This document shows, in pieces, positions 19,691 to 33,013 of a DNA stretch of 64,000 nt (the stretch's first letter is position 1; each line of letters starts with the position of its first letter). Position numbers and translations under genes: made by a program. Source of the stretch: Candidatus Neptunichlamydia sp. (GTDB taxonomy: Bacteria; Chlamydiota; Chlamydiia; Chlamydiales; Simkaniaceae); assembly GCA_965233865.1 (NCBI GenBank), contig OZ247587.1, positions 352,001 through 416,000 on the forward strand. Reading direction: 5' to 3'. Below the pieces are notes generated by a model. That model was not told the origin of the DNA. It searched no databases and saw nothing but the letters and a program-made list of their open reading frames with translations.

Positions 19691-20523
19691 GGGCGCTTAG
19701 GGAATTTTGAAAAGTCTGGTTTTCTTTTTTCTAAGAAGGCCCTATGTCCTTCTTGAGCCTCTTCCGACATATAGTAGAGGAGGGTCGCATTTCCAGCGAG
19801 TTCTTGTAGTCCTATTTCTCCATCACAATCGGCGTTTAGACCAGATTTTAAACAACGCAGAGCTAATGGAGAGTGTTCGAGCATTTTCTCGCACCACTCA
19901 ATGGTTGTTTTTTCGAGATCTTCTAAAGGGACAACAGTATTTACGAGTCCCATTTCCAAGGCTTCTTTGGCATTATACTGCTTACAGAGGAACCAAATTT
20001 CCCGCGCCTTTTTCTGCCCAACGACCCGAGCTAAGTAACTTGCCCCGAGACCCCCGTCAAATGACCCTACCTTTGGTCCTGTTTGACCAAAAATTGCATT
20101 GTCTGCTGCAATCGTAAGATCGCACACTACATGGAGGACATGGCCTCCTCCAATGGCGTAGCCTGCAACCATGGCTACAACTGGTTTTGGACATGTGCGA
20201 ATTTGTCTTTGAAAATCAAGGATATTTAGGCGGAAAGCCCCTTCTCCATCGTTGTATCCTGCTTCTCCTCGTATCGATTGATCTCCACCTGAACAAAACG
20301 CCTTTTCTCCTGAGCCTGTCAAAATAATCACACCAATTTCCTGATCATTTCGAGCATTTTCTAAAGCATTTCCCATTTCTTGGGCGGTTAGTGGGCGAAA
20401 TGCGTTGTGAATTCGAGGGCGATTAATCGTGATTTTTGCGATTCCACCCATTTTATGAAATAAAATGTCGGTATATTCTCCAGCAACGTGCCAGTTTACT
20501 TGTGTTTCAGTAGCACTGCTCAT
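19687..20523 (-). CDS. menB: 1,4-dihydroxy-2-naphthoyl-CoA synthase
   Basis: [35 protein letters not shown]. Confidence 0.97.
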
Positions 20524-21185
20524 AATGCCTCCATAATGTATTTAGCACACTTTTTTGGGTTTTCTAAATGGATGGCATGCCCGCTGCTTGGGATCCATGC
20601 CACGGGAAATTGCTCCTGCAATCTCTTTCCAATCAAGCGATATTTTATATCATTTTCTCCAAATAAAAACATCAGTGGGCATAAAAAATCCTCCAATTCT
20701 GTCCATAAATTAGGAAGACGAGCTGGGCTAAACTTTCGGATCACCTTTGCAAGCATCAGTGGGTCATGGTGTCTTCTTTCTCGATTAATATGAAGGTCTG
20801 CAAATAGAGGCTGAGCATACCACTGATCTAAAAATCGGTCCATTCCCTCATCTTCTAAGAGTCTAGCCCATTTTTCATCTTGCTGAAGACGCTTTTCTCC
20901 TTCTTCTCCAGGATTTGCGGACAGGAGGATCAGTTTCTTTACTCGATGTGGATGTTTTTTTGCATAGTGCATCGCAAGGCGGCCCCCCATCGAATATCCC
21001 ACAAGAGTGACACCATTCCCGATTTCATTTTCAAAATCATTAAGATCTAGGGAACGCCCATTGTGCCCAGGCAGTGTCAAGCAACGGTACGGTGCATTTA
21101 GATGCTCAGTGATAGCTTCCCAGTCCTCCTTCACTCCTAAGAAACCATGGAGAAAGGTTATGCTATTTCTACAAAATACATTCAC
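20520..21185 (-). CDS. menH: SHCHC synthase (alpha/beta hydrolase)
   Basis: [32 protein letters not shown]; start codon uncertain. Confidence 0.88.
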   Translation of the reverse strand: MNVFCRNSITFLHGFLGVKEDWEAITEHLNAPYRCLTLPGHNGRSLDLNDFENEIGNGVTLVGYSMGGRLAMHYAKKHPHRVKKLILLSANPGEEGEKRLQQDEKWARLLEDEGMDRFLDQWYAQPLFADLHINRERRHHDPLMLAKVIRKFSPARLPNLWTELEDFLCPLMFLFGENDIKYRLIGKRLQEQFPVAWIPSSGHAIHLENPKKCAKYIMEAL

Positions 21186-21289
21186 AAACGCATCCTACTC
21201 TCTTTTATTCTCTCCCATCCTCTACCCTAAATAGTATCATCAAATAATCTACGCTGTCATCAAAAAGATGATGTTTCTTGAGGGGGTTG

Positions 21290-21809
21290 TCTCGTTTTGC
21301 ATTTGTCCTCCCTTTTGCTCCCCAGTCATGGGTGCCGAAGCACCTCTCTCCTATTTTTGAGTAACCATGCGTTTGGGGCATATCATGGGCAAACCCACTT
21401 TTATCGATGTATACAATCGGTTTTCCCAAGCATTCATACCTTGCAATCTTTTCTCTGAAGAGAGATCTCTTCTTTTTGCAAGCCTTGGGATGGTTAAGTG
21501 TTTTTTTATAGCTAATTCTTAGCCGCTTCATGGCACAACGAACACCTGAAGGGCTTACATTGAGACGATATGCTCGTTCATAGTTGAAGGCATCAGGGTA
21601 TTTTTTGATATCGCTCCATCAAGCGATCTCTTTCAATCTTTATTGCAGGTCTATTTTTAGTGCGCTTTGCCTCTAGCCTCTTAGACCAAAGAAATATGCT
21701 ATTTACACTTACACCAAAACGTTTTGCTGTCTTGGCAAAACTTAAATTTTCTGTGCTTCGGATCAACAGTACCTTTTTTCTAAAATCTAGCGAAATATGT
21801 TATTCAAAA
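21290..21809 (-). mobile_element. IS630-family transposase fragment between menD and menH
   Basis: KPIVYIDKSGFAHDMPQTHGYSKIGERCFGTHDWGAKGRTNA (DESG region mutated); shares ~360 bp with 7709-8067; both ends truncated. Confidence 0.85.
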
Positions 21810-21810
21810 C

Positions 21811-21960
21811 ATCCTCGAAGTCAAGCTCGATAGCAACCCAAAAATCGCTTTAGAGCAGATCCGAAAAAAGGAGTACTTTAGGCCCTACATTCACAAAGGA
21901 AAAGAAGTTGCTATCGTGGGGGGTAACTTTTCTTCTGAAAACGGAATATTTCTGAATAGA
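21811..21960 (+). pseudogene. C-terminal fragment of an AAA-ATPase/PD-(D/E)XK nuclease family protein
   Basis: ILEVKLDSNPKIALEQIRKKEYFRPYIHKGKEVAIVGGNFSSE fits the ExK...ALxQIxxKxY...GxNF tail of this family. Confidence 0.65.
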
Positions 21961-21972
21961 AGAGAGATCTCC

Positions 21973-23712
21973 TTAGCACAAGACGGCCGGAGTCACTCGA
22001 GAAGAAATTTCCTGTAGGTTTGAAAGGAGATCCTTGTGGATCGCAAGGTTTTGTCCTTGAAGAGTATTAACTTCGATAACAAGAGGTCCAGGCTCGCTTA
22101 AAAGGCCTATTAGGTTATCTACTGTCTGAGGGTTTTCATATGGGAGATTGAACAGTAGAGCGGCGTGTTTTAAAAGGTGATTTTGAGGAGTAGTGAAAAT
22201 CTCTTTTTCTTTCCCAATCGGAAGAAAATTAAAAATATCTCCGCCATTGTTATTTACAACAATGAGTTTTACTGGGAGATTCTTGAGTTGGGCCAGTGAA
22301 TTAAGGTCGTGCAGAAAAGCGAGATCCCCCACAAATGCAATCACAGGCTTTCTGCTCCCACGAGCAATTCCGGCAATTGTAGCAATATTTCCATCGATTC
22401 CTGAAAGGCCTCGGTTTCCAAAAATGGGCCCGACAGGTCTCTCAGGAGCAAAAAAAGCGTCGCCATTTCTAACGTTCATACTATTTGAGAAAAAGAGAGC
22501 AGCTCTTGAGGGGATATTGTCTTTAAGTGAATGAAAAAGAAGAGGTTCAGAAAAGTCATTATGTTCAACAAAATAGCTTTTGATTCCCCTTTTTGTAAGT
22601 TGATTAAGTTCTTTCCATGTCTCAAACCACTTTGAGAGGGGGCGTCCGGAAAAATAGAGGGGAAAGTGATCGAGAAAATGGTTAAGATCAGAAGAGATTC
22701 TGTGGGTCACTGAGTGAGTGGGATCCTTTCGGTCACTATGGGGAGAGACGTGGTAGTGAACTTTTGGATTTTTCGATGCGATCCAATCGGTTAGTTTGTT
22801 GGAAACAAAACGATCCCCAAGTTGCAAAATTGCCTCTGGAACATAATCTTCGTGGGCACCAATGGCTTTTAGGAGTAGGTCGTAGTGAGGGATAACACCA
22901 TATCCACCTCCGAAGCTGCGAACAGATGAGAAAACATCAGGGAAAATAGGCCATTGCAGTGCGCGTGACAAACTATAAATTTGTTCGGCCTCTTCGAAAT
23001 GGGTACTTCCACTGGCTATAATTAATCCTTTTTCATACTCAGAAAGTTCATCGGCAAGACGTTCTAAAGTAGCTTCGTCAAGCACTATTTTTCCAAGGGA
23101 AAGAGTTGTTTCAGCTGAATGGACAGAACGATTTGAAAGATGCAGTGAAACAGGGGAGGATCTTTCAAGATCAAGGAAGGGCTTACGGAACATGCAGTTG
23201 AGATGAACAGGTCCCTGGGATCCACTTAGAGCGTGACCCATCGCCTGAGCGATTGTTGTTCCAATATAACTTTGGGAAATTTTGCTGTCAGGGCAGGGAA
23301 GATCTCCTTGCCACTTAACAAAATTTGAAAAAATTTTTACTTGGTCAGTTGTTTGATTGGCCCCGCAGTCACGGAGCTCTGGAGGACGATCAGCGGACAA
23401 AACGATGAGAGGGACATGGTCATGATGGGCCTCCATAATGGCAGGAAGGAGGTTTCCAACAGCCGTTCCAGATGTTACAATCAAAGCAACAGGTTGTCTA
23501 CTCCCTTTGGCATAGCCAAGAGCGTGGTAGGCCATTCCTCTCTCATCATAGTGGACAAAGGTTTCTGAAAGGGGGTGGTTATCTGCAGCAATAGTTAAGG
23601 ATGTTGATCGGGCACCGGGGCTGATGCAAAAAGATCGGATTCCATGGTGAATAAGTTCTTTGATAATGAGTCGTGTCCAGAGTTCATTGAGGGCTCCTGT
23701 ATCAGTTTTCAT
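21973..23712 (-). CDS. menD: SEPHCHC synthase
   Basis: CISPGARSTSL, HYDERG, TSGTAVGNL, ADRPPEL, NRGLSGIDG, GDLAFLHDLNSL, NNNGG. Confidence 0.97.
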   Translation of the reverse strand: MKTDTGALNELWTRLIIKELIHHGIRSFCISPGARSTSLTIAADNHPLSETFVHYDERGMAYHALGYAKGSRQPVALIVTSGTAVGNLLPAIMEAHHDHVPLIVLSADRPPELRDCGANQTTDQVKIFSNFVKWQGDLPCPDSKISQSYIGTTIAQAMGHALSGSQGPVHLNCMFRKPFLDLERSSPVSLHLSNRSVHSAETTLSLGKIVLDEATLERLADELSEYEKGLIIASGSTHFEEAEQIYSLSRALQWPIFPDVFSSVRSFGGGYGVIPHYDLLLKAIGAHEDYVPEAILQLGDRFVSNKLTDWIASKNPKVHYHVSPHSDRKDPTHSVTHRISSDLNHFLDHFPLYFSGRPLSKWFETWKELNQLTKRGIKSYFVEHNDFSEPLLFHSLKDNIPSRAALFFSNSMNVRNGDAFFAPERPVGPIFGNRGLSGIDGNIATIAGIARGSRKPVIAFVGDLAFLHDLNSLAQLKNLPVKLIVVNNNGGDIFNFLPIGKEKEIFTTPQNHLLKHAALLFNLPYENPQTVDNLIGLLSEPGPLVIEVNTLQGQNLAIHKDLLSNLQEISSRVTPAVLC

Positions 23713-24974
23713 AAAATCCTCATATATTGAGATATTTTATGCTCAAGTTCATCCCACTCCCTTGCAGGAGTAGATCCACTAACTAATCCGGTTCCAGCAA
23801 AAAGACGGATGTCTTCTTCTTCGATGAGCGCTGAGCGAATCGCAACAAGGTGATGCGATTGATTAGGTGAGATATAGCCGATAGGAGCAGCATACCACCC
23901 TCGATCAAAAGCTTCTCTTTTTCCAATTTCCATAAAGGCTATTTCTTTAGGAAACCCACCGACTGCTGGAGTGGGGTGCAACGCATTTATTAGTGACTCA
24001 TCTGAAAAACCCTCCTTTAGAATACCCTCAATATGGTGATGGAGGTGTTGAACATTGGGAGTTTGCAATACTTTACAGCTATCGATCTGTAAAGACTGGC
24101 AAAGAGGGGATAAAGTAGAAACAATTGTGTCTCGTACGACTTGCAATTCGTGCCTTTCTTTAGGACAATTTAAAAGAGCATCTTCTAATTTGGCATTCTC
24201 TTTAAGAGTCTTGCCCCGGACACGGGTTCCTGCAATTGCAGCACTTTCGATTCGATTATCCATTCTGCGGTAGAGGGTTTCAGGAGAATTTCCAATAAAC
24301 GTTTGTCCCTTTGAAAATTGGAAGGCAAAACGATTTTTCCCTTGAAGCCTCTTCAGAATCGAGTATGCAGAAGCTTTTTTCTCAGTTTCAATTTTCGTGC
24401 ATCTTGCAAGAACGACCTTTAAAGAGTCTCCTTGTCGGATCCCTTTTAAAATCTTGTTAACCTCTCGTTCCCATACAGGATAGGAAGGAGAGTCAAAACG
24501 AGACCTGAGCTTGTGAGAATCGACCAATGGAGTTTCGAGTTCTAGAGAAAGGTCGAGGGTTTCGGAGACGCGATTAATACAAAGGTAGGTTCCTGTGTCT
24601 CGTTTTTCGATTTGAACTAAGGGGAGAAAATAAGCACATTCTGGAAACTCCTTCCAAGTTTTTCTTTTCCGTTTCATAAAATCTTTCCCACCGAAAAATC
24701 GAGGTGCAGATCCGTCACTAAAGTGGGGGAAGTGATTGATTTTCACCGCGCTTCCAACTCCTGCAATAATTCCATCATGAGAGGTTTCAAAATAGATTTT
24801 TGGATAAAGAGTTTGAGCTTCAAGCCACGCAAAAAGATCATTGACCGGGAAAGGGATTTCAAGACGCATATGAGGGATAGTTTTTCCATTCAGAGTAAAT
24901 GGCACTGGGCGAAAGGGGGTGTCTAATAAAGTTTTAAGAATTTCAGAAGAGGGGGTTACAAGTCGTTGCCGCAC
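23709..24974 (-). CDS. menF: Isochorismate synthase
   Basis: KVVLAR, SPETL, AIAGT, LHPTPAVGG, FDRGWYA, AIRSA. Confidence 0.92.
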   Translation of the reverse strand: MRQRLVTPSSEILKTLLDTPFRPVPFTLNGKTIPHMRLEIPFPVNDLFAWLEAQTLYPKIYFETSHDGIIAGVGSAVKINHFPHFSDGSAPRFFGGKDFMKRKRKTWKEFPECAYFLPLVQIEKRDTGTYLCINRVSETLDLSLELETPLVDSHKLRSRFDSPSYPVWEREVNKILKGIRQGDSLKVVLARCTKIETEKKASAYSILKRLQGKNRFAFQFSKGQTFIGNSPETLYRRMDNRIESAAIAGTRVRGKTLKENAKLEDALLNCPKERHELQVVRDTIVSTLSPLCQSLQIDSCKVLQTPNVQHLHHHIEGILKEGFSDESLINALHPTPAVGGFPKEIAFMEIGKREAFDRGWYAAPIGYISPNQSHHLVAIRSALIEEEDIRLFAGTGLVSGSTPAREWDELEHKISQYMRIL

Positions 24975-25690
24975 GGAAGTTTTTCTCCAACATATAGGGT
25001 TGCAATTCCAAAAGTTAAGGGATAGGCTTTAACACGGTAAAATCCTGCCTTTTTGATTTTGTCACAAAAGGCTTCTCCATAAGGAAAGGATTCGACAGTG
25101 TTATTCAAGTAGCGGTAGGCTTCACGATTTCTGGAAATCCACCCAGCAAGGTTAGGAAGCACATGACGCAAATAAAAGAGATGAAGCCCCCGAATAACCC
25201 GATTCCTAGGGAGTGAAAACTCCAAGATCATCACACGACCATAAGGGGTTAGAACGCGGAAACATTCCTCTAAGCATTTATCGACATCTGTAACGTTGCG
25301 AATGCCAAATGACATCGTGACACAATCAACCGTCTCGTCTAATAGGTTGATTGCTGTAGCATTCCCTTCCATTAAGATAATCTGGTGGGCATAGGGTTTG
25401 TCGATAATTTTTTTCTGCCCTCTTCGAATCATCTCCAAAGACATGTCAATCCCTAGTGCAGAGTTAACTTGTTTAGCCTTTTTAACAATAGTGATCAGCT
25501 GATCACCCGTGCCCGTTGCTAAATCAAGAAGGCGGACATCCTTTCCTTTAGGTAAATGGTGGATTAACTGTCGGCGCCAGTACTTATCAATTCCAAACGA
25601 AAGTAGGTGATTAACCAAATCATATTTTGGTGAGATTTGATCGAACATCTTCCAAACTTCTTCTCTAGATTCTTCAGCTACTTGATTCAC
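24956..25690 (-). CDS. menG: Demethylmenaquinone methyltransferase (MenG/UbiE)
   Basis: MFDQISPKYDLVNHLLSFG, LLDLATGTGD, FGIRNV, AYRYL; GTG at 25690 has a GGAG RBS. Confidence 0.93.
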   Translation of the reverse strand: MNQVAEESREEVWKMFDQISPKYDLVNHLLSFGIDKYWRRQLIHHLPKGKDVRLLDLATGTGDQLITIVKKAKQVNSALGIDMSLEMIRRGQKKIIDKPYAHQIILMEGNATAINLLDETVDCVTMSFGIRNVTDVDKCLEECFRVLTPYGRVMILEFSLPRNRVIRGLHLFYLRHVLPNLAGWISRNREAYRYLNNTVESFPYGEAFCDKIKKAGFYRVKAYPLTFGIATLYVGEKLPCGNDL

Positions 25691-26129
25691 AAAAACTCCG
25701 CTTAAGAATTCAACCCTATCAACCTGCTTTGAAAAAAACAAGATTATTAACAGTGGCGAAAAAAGATGACAGTTAGGTGTAGTAAGGCAAAATTAGGTCA
25801 AAACATTAGCTCTCCGAGTAAGGAAGTCATACTAAAGCTATGGCTGATAAAAGAGGGCTAATGTGGCAAAGTTGGAGCAAGAAAAAGGGCATTTTTTTCC
25901 GCGCTAACGAGGTGAGTGCTATATGCATTTGAGTCGGGGAAATAAGTATCCATAACGCATTAGAATATAGCGTTAAAATAAAGATCATGCTTTTTCAAAA
26001 TAGACAATAAAAAACATTCGTAAATCACTCGTGTTAAGGATGTAAGTGTTGTAAAACAAAACAGTTTGTATCAAGGAAAACTTTGTGATTTTAGAGTCCA
26101 TTTATATCGTGTTTCCTGTTATAATTTAC

Positions 26130-26158
26130 TTGCACTTTTGAACCAGTTTTTTTATAGT
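26130..26158 (+). promoter_or_regulatory. Sigma66/70-type promoter for the DUF721-gyrB-gyrA operon
   Basis: TTGCAC-17 bp-TATAGT, 27 bp upstream of the ATG at 26186. Confidence 0.55.
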
Positions 26159-26185
26159 GTGAAAAAGCAAGTAGTGTAGCGGTGG

Positions 26186-26515
26186 ATGAAAAAACGGATA
26201 CCTAGAAATTATGATGGAGCTACGCCGACAGGAAGACAAATCAAGGAATTACTTCCTGAGATTTTGTTCGATCTTTCTGCGAAGTTAAACGATAAACCAG
26301 ACCGAATGCTAGCCGCGTGGCCTGAGATTGTGGGGAAGAGAATCAGTAAAATGTCCCGCGCAGTTAGCTTTGAGGATGGAGTTCTCAGAGTTCAAGTGAA
26401 AAACTCTACTCTTAATAGTTTGCTCGTTGAGCACGAAAAACCTCGCCTTGTGGCGGCGTTTCGAAAGAGATTTCCAAAAGTTACTTTTCGGAACATTTTT
26501 TTTAGGATAGGATAA
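26186..26515 (+). CDS. DUF721/DciA-family protein
   Basis: AWPEIVGKRISKMSRAVSFEDGVLRVQVKNS; directly upstream of gyrB. Confidence 0.85.
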   Translation: MKKRIPRNYDGATPTGRQIKELLPEILFDLSAKLNDKPDRMLAAWPEIVGKRISKMSRAVSFEDGVLRVQVKNSTLNSLLVEHEKPRLVAAFRKRFPKVTFRNIFFRIG

Positions 26516-26525
26516 AAACGAATAG

Positions 26526-29027
<2,502 letters not shown>

Positions 29028-29038
29028 TAGGAGAAATC

Positions 29039-31513
29039 ATGTCCTACCTTGAAGGAGAAACAGTTGTTCCACGGAGTGTGGAAGAGGAGATGAAGGAGAG
29101 TTATCTTCGTTACTCCATGTCGGTCATTATTGCCCGCGCTCTTCCAGATGTTCGCGACGGCCTCAAACCATCGCAGCGTCGTATCCTTTTTGCGATGCGT
29201 CAGCTTAATTTGAGCCCAGGGGCTAAACACAGAAAGTGTGCGAAAATTTGTGGTGACACCTCCGGGGATTACCATCCTCATGGTGAACAAGTTATCTACC
29301 CTACCCTTGTCCGGATGGCACAAGACTGGGTAATGCGCTACACAATGGTGCAGGGACAAGGAAACTTCGGTTCTATCGATGGGGATCCTCCTGCTGCAAT
29401 GAGATACACCGAAGCACGCCTTACGAAACCTTCAATGGCTCTTATGGAGGACCTCGATAAAGAAACAGTCGAGTATGTTCCCAACTATGATGAAACTAAG
29501 AGAGAACCAACAGTTTTTCCTGCAAAATTCCCTAATCTTCTTTGCAATGGATCCTCTGGAATTGCGGTTGGGATGGCGACTAACATTCCTCCCCACAACT
29601 TGAAAGAACTCTGCAGAGCGACTGAACTGGTGATCGACAATCCAAAAGTTTCGATCGATGAGATTATGGAAGTGATGCCTGCTCCTGATTTTCCAACAGG
29701 TGGAATGATTTGTGGTTATCGAGGGATTAAAGAAGCTTTCCATACCGGTCGCGGTAAGCTCATGCTCCGAGGAACGCTTCATGTCGAAGATATCAAAAAC
29801 TCAGATAAGCAACGTATTGTGATTGACGAAGTTCCATACAATATGAACAAGTCCCGTCTCGTAGAGAGGATTGCTAATCTTGTGAATGATAAGCAGATTA
29901 CTGGGGTTTCTGATATCAGAGATGAGTCTGACAAAGATGGAATGCGAGTGGTGATTGAGATGAAGAAGGGAGAAATTCCTGACGTCATTATCAATCAGCT
30001 CTATAAATTCACCGATATGCAAGTGACTTTCGGTTGTAACATGCTAGCCCTTGATAAAGGTCTTCCGCGTATCATGAACGTTAAGCAGATGATTGCTGCT
30101 TGGGTTGATCACCGTATTGAGGTTGTCCGTGCAAGAACACGCTTTGAACTCAATAAGGCGGAAGCACGCGCGCACATCCTAGAAGGTTACCTTAAAGCCC
30201 TAGATCATCTCGATGAAGTTGTTAAGTTGATTCGAAGAAGCCAAAACAGGGATGAAGCTAAGGTCAAACTGATCGAGAAATATGAATTCTCCGACCGCCA
30301 AGTTAACGCTGTTCTTGACCTCAAACTCTACCAACTAACCGGAATGGAGAAAGAGAAAATTGAAGGAGAATACGCCGATCTTCAAGCAAAAATTGCTCAT
30401 TATCGCGCTATTCTTGCAAGGGAAACCCTTGTAAGAGGAATCATTAAAGAAGAACTTCAAGAAGTGCAAGCTTTTGATAAGACAGACAGAAAGACACAGA
30501 TTGTTCCTGCTGAAGGAGAGTTTCAGATGGAAGATCTGATTGCTGATGAGCCAGTGATCCTGACCATCTCCAATGATGATTACATCAAGAGAATGCCGAT
30601 TGGAACCTTTAAAGAGCAGAAAAGAGGTGGGCAGGGCGTGATTGGTTTTGATCATAAGAAAGAGACTGACACAATTAAAGACATTTATGTAGCCTCAACC
30701 CATGATACTATTATGTTCTTTACAAACTTTGGTCGTGTTTACTGGGTCAAAGTATGGCAAATTCCTGAATCAGGTAGACGCTCAAAAGGAAAACCTCTTG
30801 TTAATCTTCTTGAAGGGTTAAGTAAAGGGGAGCAAATTGCAGCGCAGCTCCGGGTCCGTCGCTTTGATGAAGAAGGAGCTTCGATTCTTTTAGCTACTAA
30901 GCAGGGCGTGGTGAAAAAAACTCTTTTAGAGTCTTTCAGTTCCCCTCGCCGAAAAGGGGTCTATGCGATCAATATCGATGATGCTGATGAAGTGATTGCT
31001 GCTCATATCGTTCGTTTTAAAGAGCAAGTAATGCTCTTTACTCATGAAGGAATGGCAGTTCGTTTTGACCAAGACCAAGTGCGTACAATGGGAAGAGTGG
31101 CTCGAGGGGTTCGCGGAGTCAAACTCAAAAGCAGCAGTGATCGCGTTGTTTCTTGTGAAGTGGTGCGTGGCAATGAAACTGTCCTTGTTGTCTGCGAAAA
31201 TGGTTTTGGAAAGAGATCTAGTGTTGAGCAGTTTAGACACACTAAGCGAGGAGGGGTAGGAGTTCGTTCGATTATCACCAGCAAACGTAATGGACAAGTG
31301 GTCGGAGCTCTTTCTGTTGGTGATAAGGACAGCGTTGTCTTAATGGCGAGCTCTGGACATACCCTTCGTCTTAGCATGCAAGATATCCGAGTGATGGGAC
31401 GCTCTACTCAAGGAGTGAAAGTCGTCAATTTGAAAAATAGCGACACCCTAATTGCAATGCAAAAGATCGAACACCTCGAAGAAGAAGAAAAAGAGAGTGA
31501 AGAAGAGAAGTAA
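29039..31513 (+). CDS. gyrA: DNA gyrase subunit A
   Basis: RALPDVRDGLKP, YHPHG, AAMRYTE, GyrA box QKRGGQG. Confidence 0.99.
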   Translation: MSYLEGETVVPRSVEEEMKESYLRYSMSVIIARALPDVRDGLKPSQRRILFAMRQLNLSPGAKHRKCAKICGDTSGDYHPHGEQVIYPTLVRMAQDWVMRYTMVQGQGNFGSIDGDPPAAMRYTEARLTKPSMALMEDLDKETVEYVPNYDETKREPTVFPAKFPNLLCNGSSGIAVGMATNIPPHNLKELCRATELVIDNPKVSIDEIMEVMPAPDFPTGGMICGYRGIKEAFHTGRGKLMLRGTLHVEDIKNSDKQRIVIDEVPYNMNKSRLVERIANLVNDKQITGVSDIRDESDKDGMRVVIEMKKGEIPDVIINQLYKFTDMQVTFGCNMLALDKGLPRIMNVKQMIAAWVDHRIEVVRARTRFELNKAEARAHILEGYLKALDHLDEVVKLIRRSQNRDEAKVKLIEKYEFSDRQVNAVLDLKLYQLTGMEKEKIEGEYADLQAKIAHYRAILARETLVRGIIKEELQEVQAFDKTDRKTQIVPAEGEFQMEDLIADEPVILTISNDDYIKRMPIGTFKEQKRGGQGVIGFDHKKETDTIKDIYVASTHDTIMFFTNFGRVYWVKVWQIPESGRRSKGKPLVNLLEGLSKGEQIAAQLRVRRFDEEGASILLATKQGVVKKTLLESFSSPRRKGVYAINIDDADEVIAAHIVRFKEQVMLFTHEGMAVRFDQDQVRTMGRVARGVRGVKLKSSSDRVVSCEVVRGNETVLVVCENGFGKRSSVEQFRHTKRGGVGVRSIITSKRNGQVVGALSVGDKDSVVLMASSGHTLRLSMQDIRVMGRSTQGVKVVNLKNSDTLIAMQKIEHLEEEEKESEEEK

Positions 31514-32135
31514 AGGTTTCTTCTTAACCTTTGAAGGTGGAGAAGGGGCAGGGAAAACCACCCTGATCAATCGCGTTTACGGTGTGCTCACAGCAAAAGG
31601 ACACTCTGTGATCCGGACGCTGGAGCCAGGTGGAACTTCTTTGGGAAAAGAAATCCGAAACCTTCTCCTTCATCAAAAAAAAAGCCCTATCTGTCGGCAA
31701 AGTGAATTATTCCTCTATCTAGCTGACCGTGCTCAGCACGTTCAGGAACTTATTCTGCCCGCTCTTGAAGAAGGGAAAATCGTTCTTTGTGATCGGTTTA
31801 ACGATTCCACACTAGCTTATCAGGGCATGGCTCGTTCTTTAAATGTGGACCTTCTCCGTGGGCTCTGTTTAGCTGCCACGGATGGGCTGATTCCTCACCT
31901 GACCCTGTATCTAGATCTTGATCCGAAAGTTGGACTCGTACGGGCGAAACAAAAAAACACCTACGATCGCCTAGAAGAGGAAAATCTTAGCTTTCACACA
32001 AAAGTGCGTGAAGCTTTTCTCTCTCTAGCTAAGGATGAACCTGATCGGTTCCATGTCATCGACGCTTCAAAAGATATAGAGTCTGTTTATACCGCTGCTA
32101 TTGGAGAGATTAACGGTTTACTATGTCTAAAATAG
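31497..32135 (+). CDS. tmk: Thymidylate kinase
   Basis: FEGGEGAGKTT, DRAQH, LCDRF, STLAYQG. Confidence 0.95.
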   Translation: MKKRSKGFFLTFEGGEGAGKTTLINRVYGVLTAKGHSVIRTLEPGGTSLGKEIRNLLLHQKKSPICRQSELFLYLADRAQHVQELILPALEEGKIVLCDRFNDSTLAYQGMARSLNVDLLRGLCLAATDGLIPHLTLYLDLDPKVGLVRAKQKNTYDRLEEENLSFHTKVREAFLSLAKDEPDRFHVIDASKDIESVYTAAIGEINGLLCLK

Positions 32136-33013
32136 AAGAACTTCCTGGAAATTCAAAAGTAAAAAAACATCTAAGCAAGCTAATTGAAAAGACGCCTCAT
32201 GCTCTCCTTTTTGAAGGGCCTAAAGGAGTGGGAAAAAGAGAGTTTGCAAGAGAGTTTGCTCGGGAACTTCTTAAAACAACAAAAAAAGACCCTCCTGACC
32301 TTCGCCTTCTTTATCCAGAGGGGAAAGCGCATCTTCATCCAATGCATTCCATTCGCCAGTTTATTGATGAAACCGCTCTACCCCCTTTTGAAGCCGATCG
32401 AAAAGTCTTCATCATCTATGAAGCCGATCGCATGCTTCCATCAAGTAGTAATGCTCTCTTAAAGACACTAGAAGAGCCCCTTGGACCAGTCACTATTATT
32501 CTTGTTTCTTCTCGCCCTGATGTCCTTCTTCCTACGATCACCTCAAGGTGTTTCCGTGTTCCCTTTTCTTTGCTATCAGAAGAAGAAATCATTGCAACCT
32601 TGATTCCTGAAAAAAAACCTAGTGAAGCACGAAAAATTGCCCTCCTCTCTCATGGGAGTCTCCATAAAGCACAGACCCTTGCTTCAAAAGAAAAGGATTT
32701 GCTTCCCGAGCAGATGTTTCATATAGGTTTCCGTCTCCTTCGCGGCGATCTCCCTAATGCAAAAGAACTTCCCGAAGGTGCTAATGCAGAAGAAGCCCTT
32801 TCCTACCTCTTCTATTTTTACCGGGATCTTCATCTTCTCCAAAGCGGTGCGAGCTCTTCTCTTCTCTTCTATCAAGACAAAGCAGAAGTCCTCTCTCGTA
32901 TTACTGTCTCATTACCCTCTCTAGAAATCATTCAGAATCGGATTGAGAAGGTCCTTCTTGCCACTGAGCTCCACCTTCCTCTTTCTCATGCTTTACCAAC
33001 ATTCATAAAATAG
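32123..33013 (+). CDS. holB: DNA polymerase III subunit delta'
   Basis: HALLFEGPKGVGK, NALLKTLEEP, LPTITSRC; follows tmk. Confidence 0.9.
   Translation: MSKIEELPGNSKVKKHLSKLIEKTPHALLFEGPKGVGKREFAREFARELLKTTKKDPPDLRLLYPEGKAHLHPMHSIRQFIDETALPPFEADRKVFIIYEADRMLPSSSNALLKTLEEPLGPVTIILVSSRPDVLLPTITSRCFRVPFSLLSEEEIIATLIPEKKPSEARKIALLSHGSLHKAQTLASKEKDLLPEQMFHIGFRLLRGDLPNAKELPEGANAEEALSYLFYFYRDLHLLQSGASSSLLFYQDKAEVLSRITVSLPSLEIIQNRIEKVLLATELHLPLSHALPTFIK

Noticed and set aside
25691..26185. Possible oriC upstream of DUF721-gyrB
   Set aside because: Only 2-mismatch DnaA-box-like words seen, no box cluster and no dnaA nearby; explained as a divergent promoter region.
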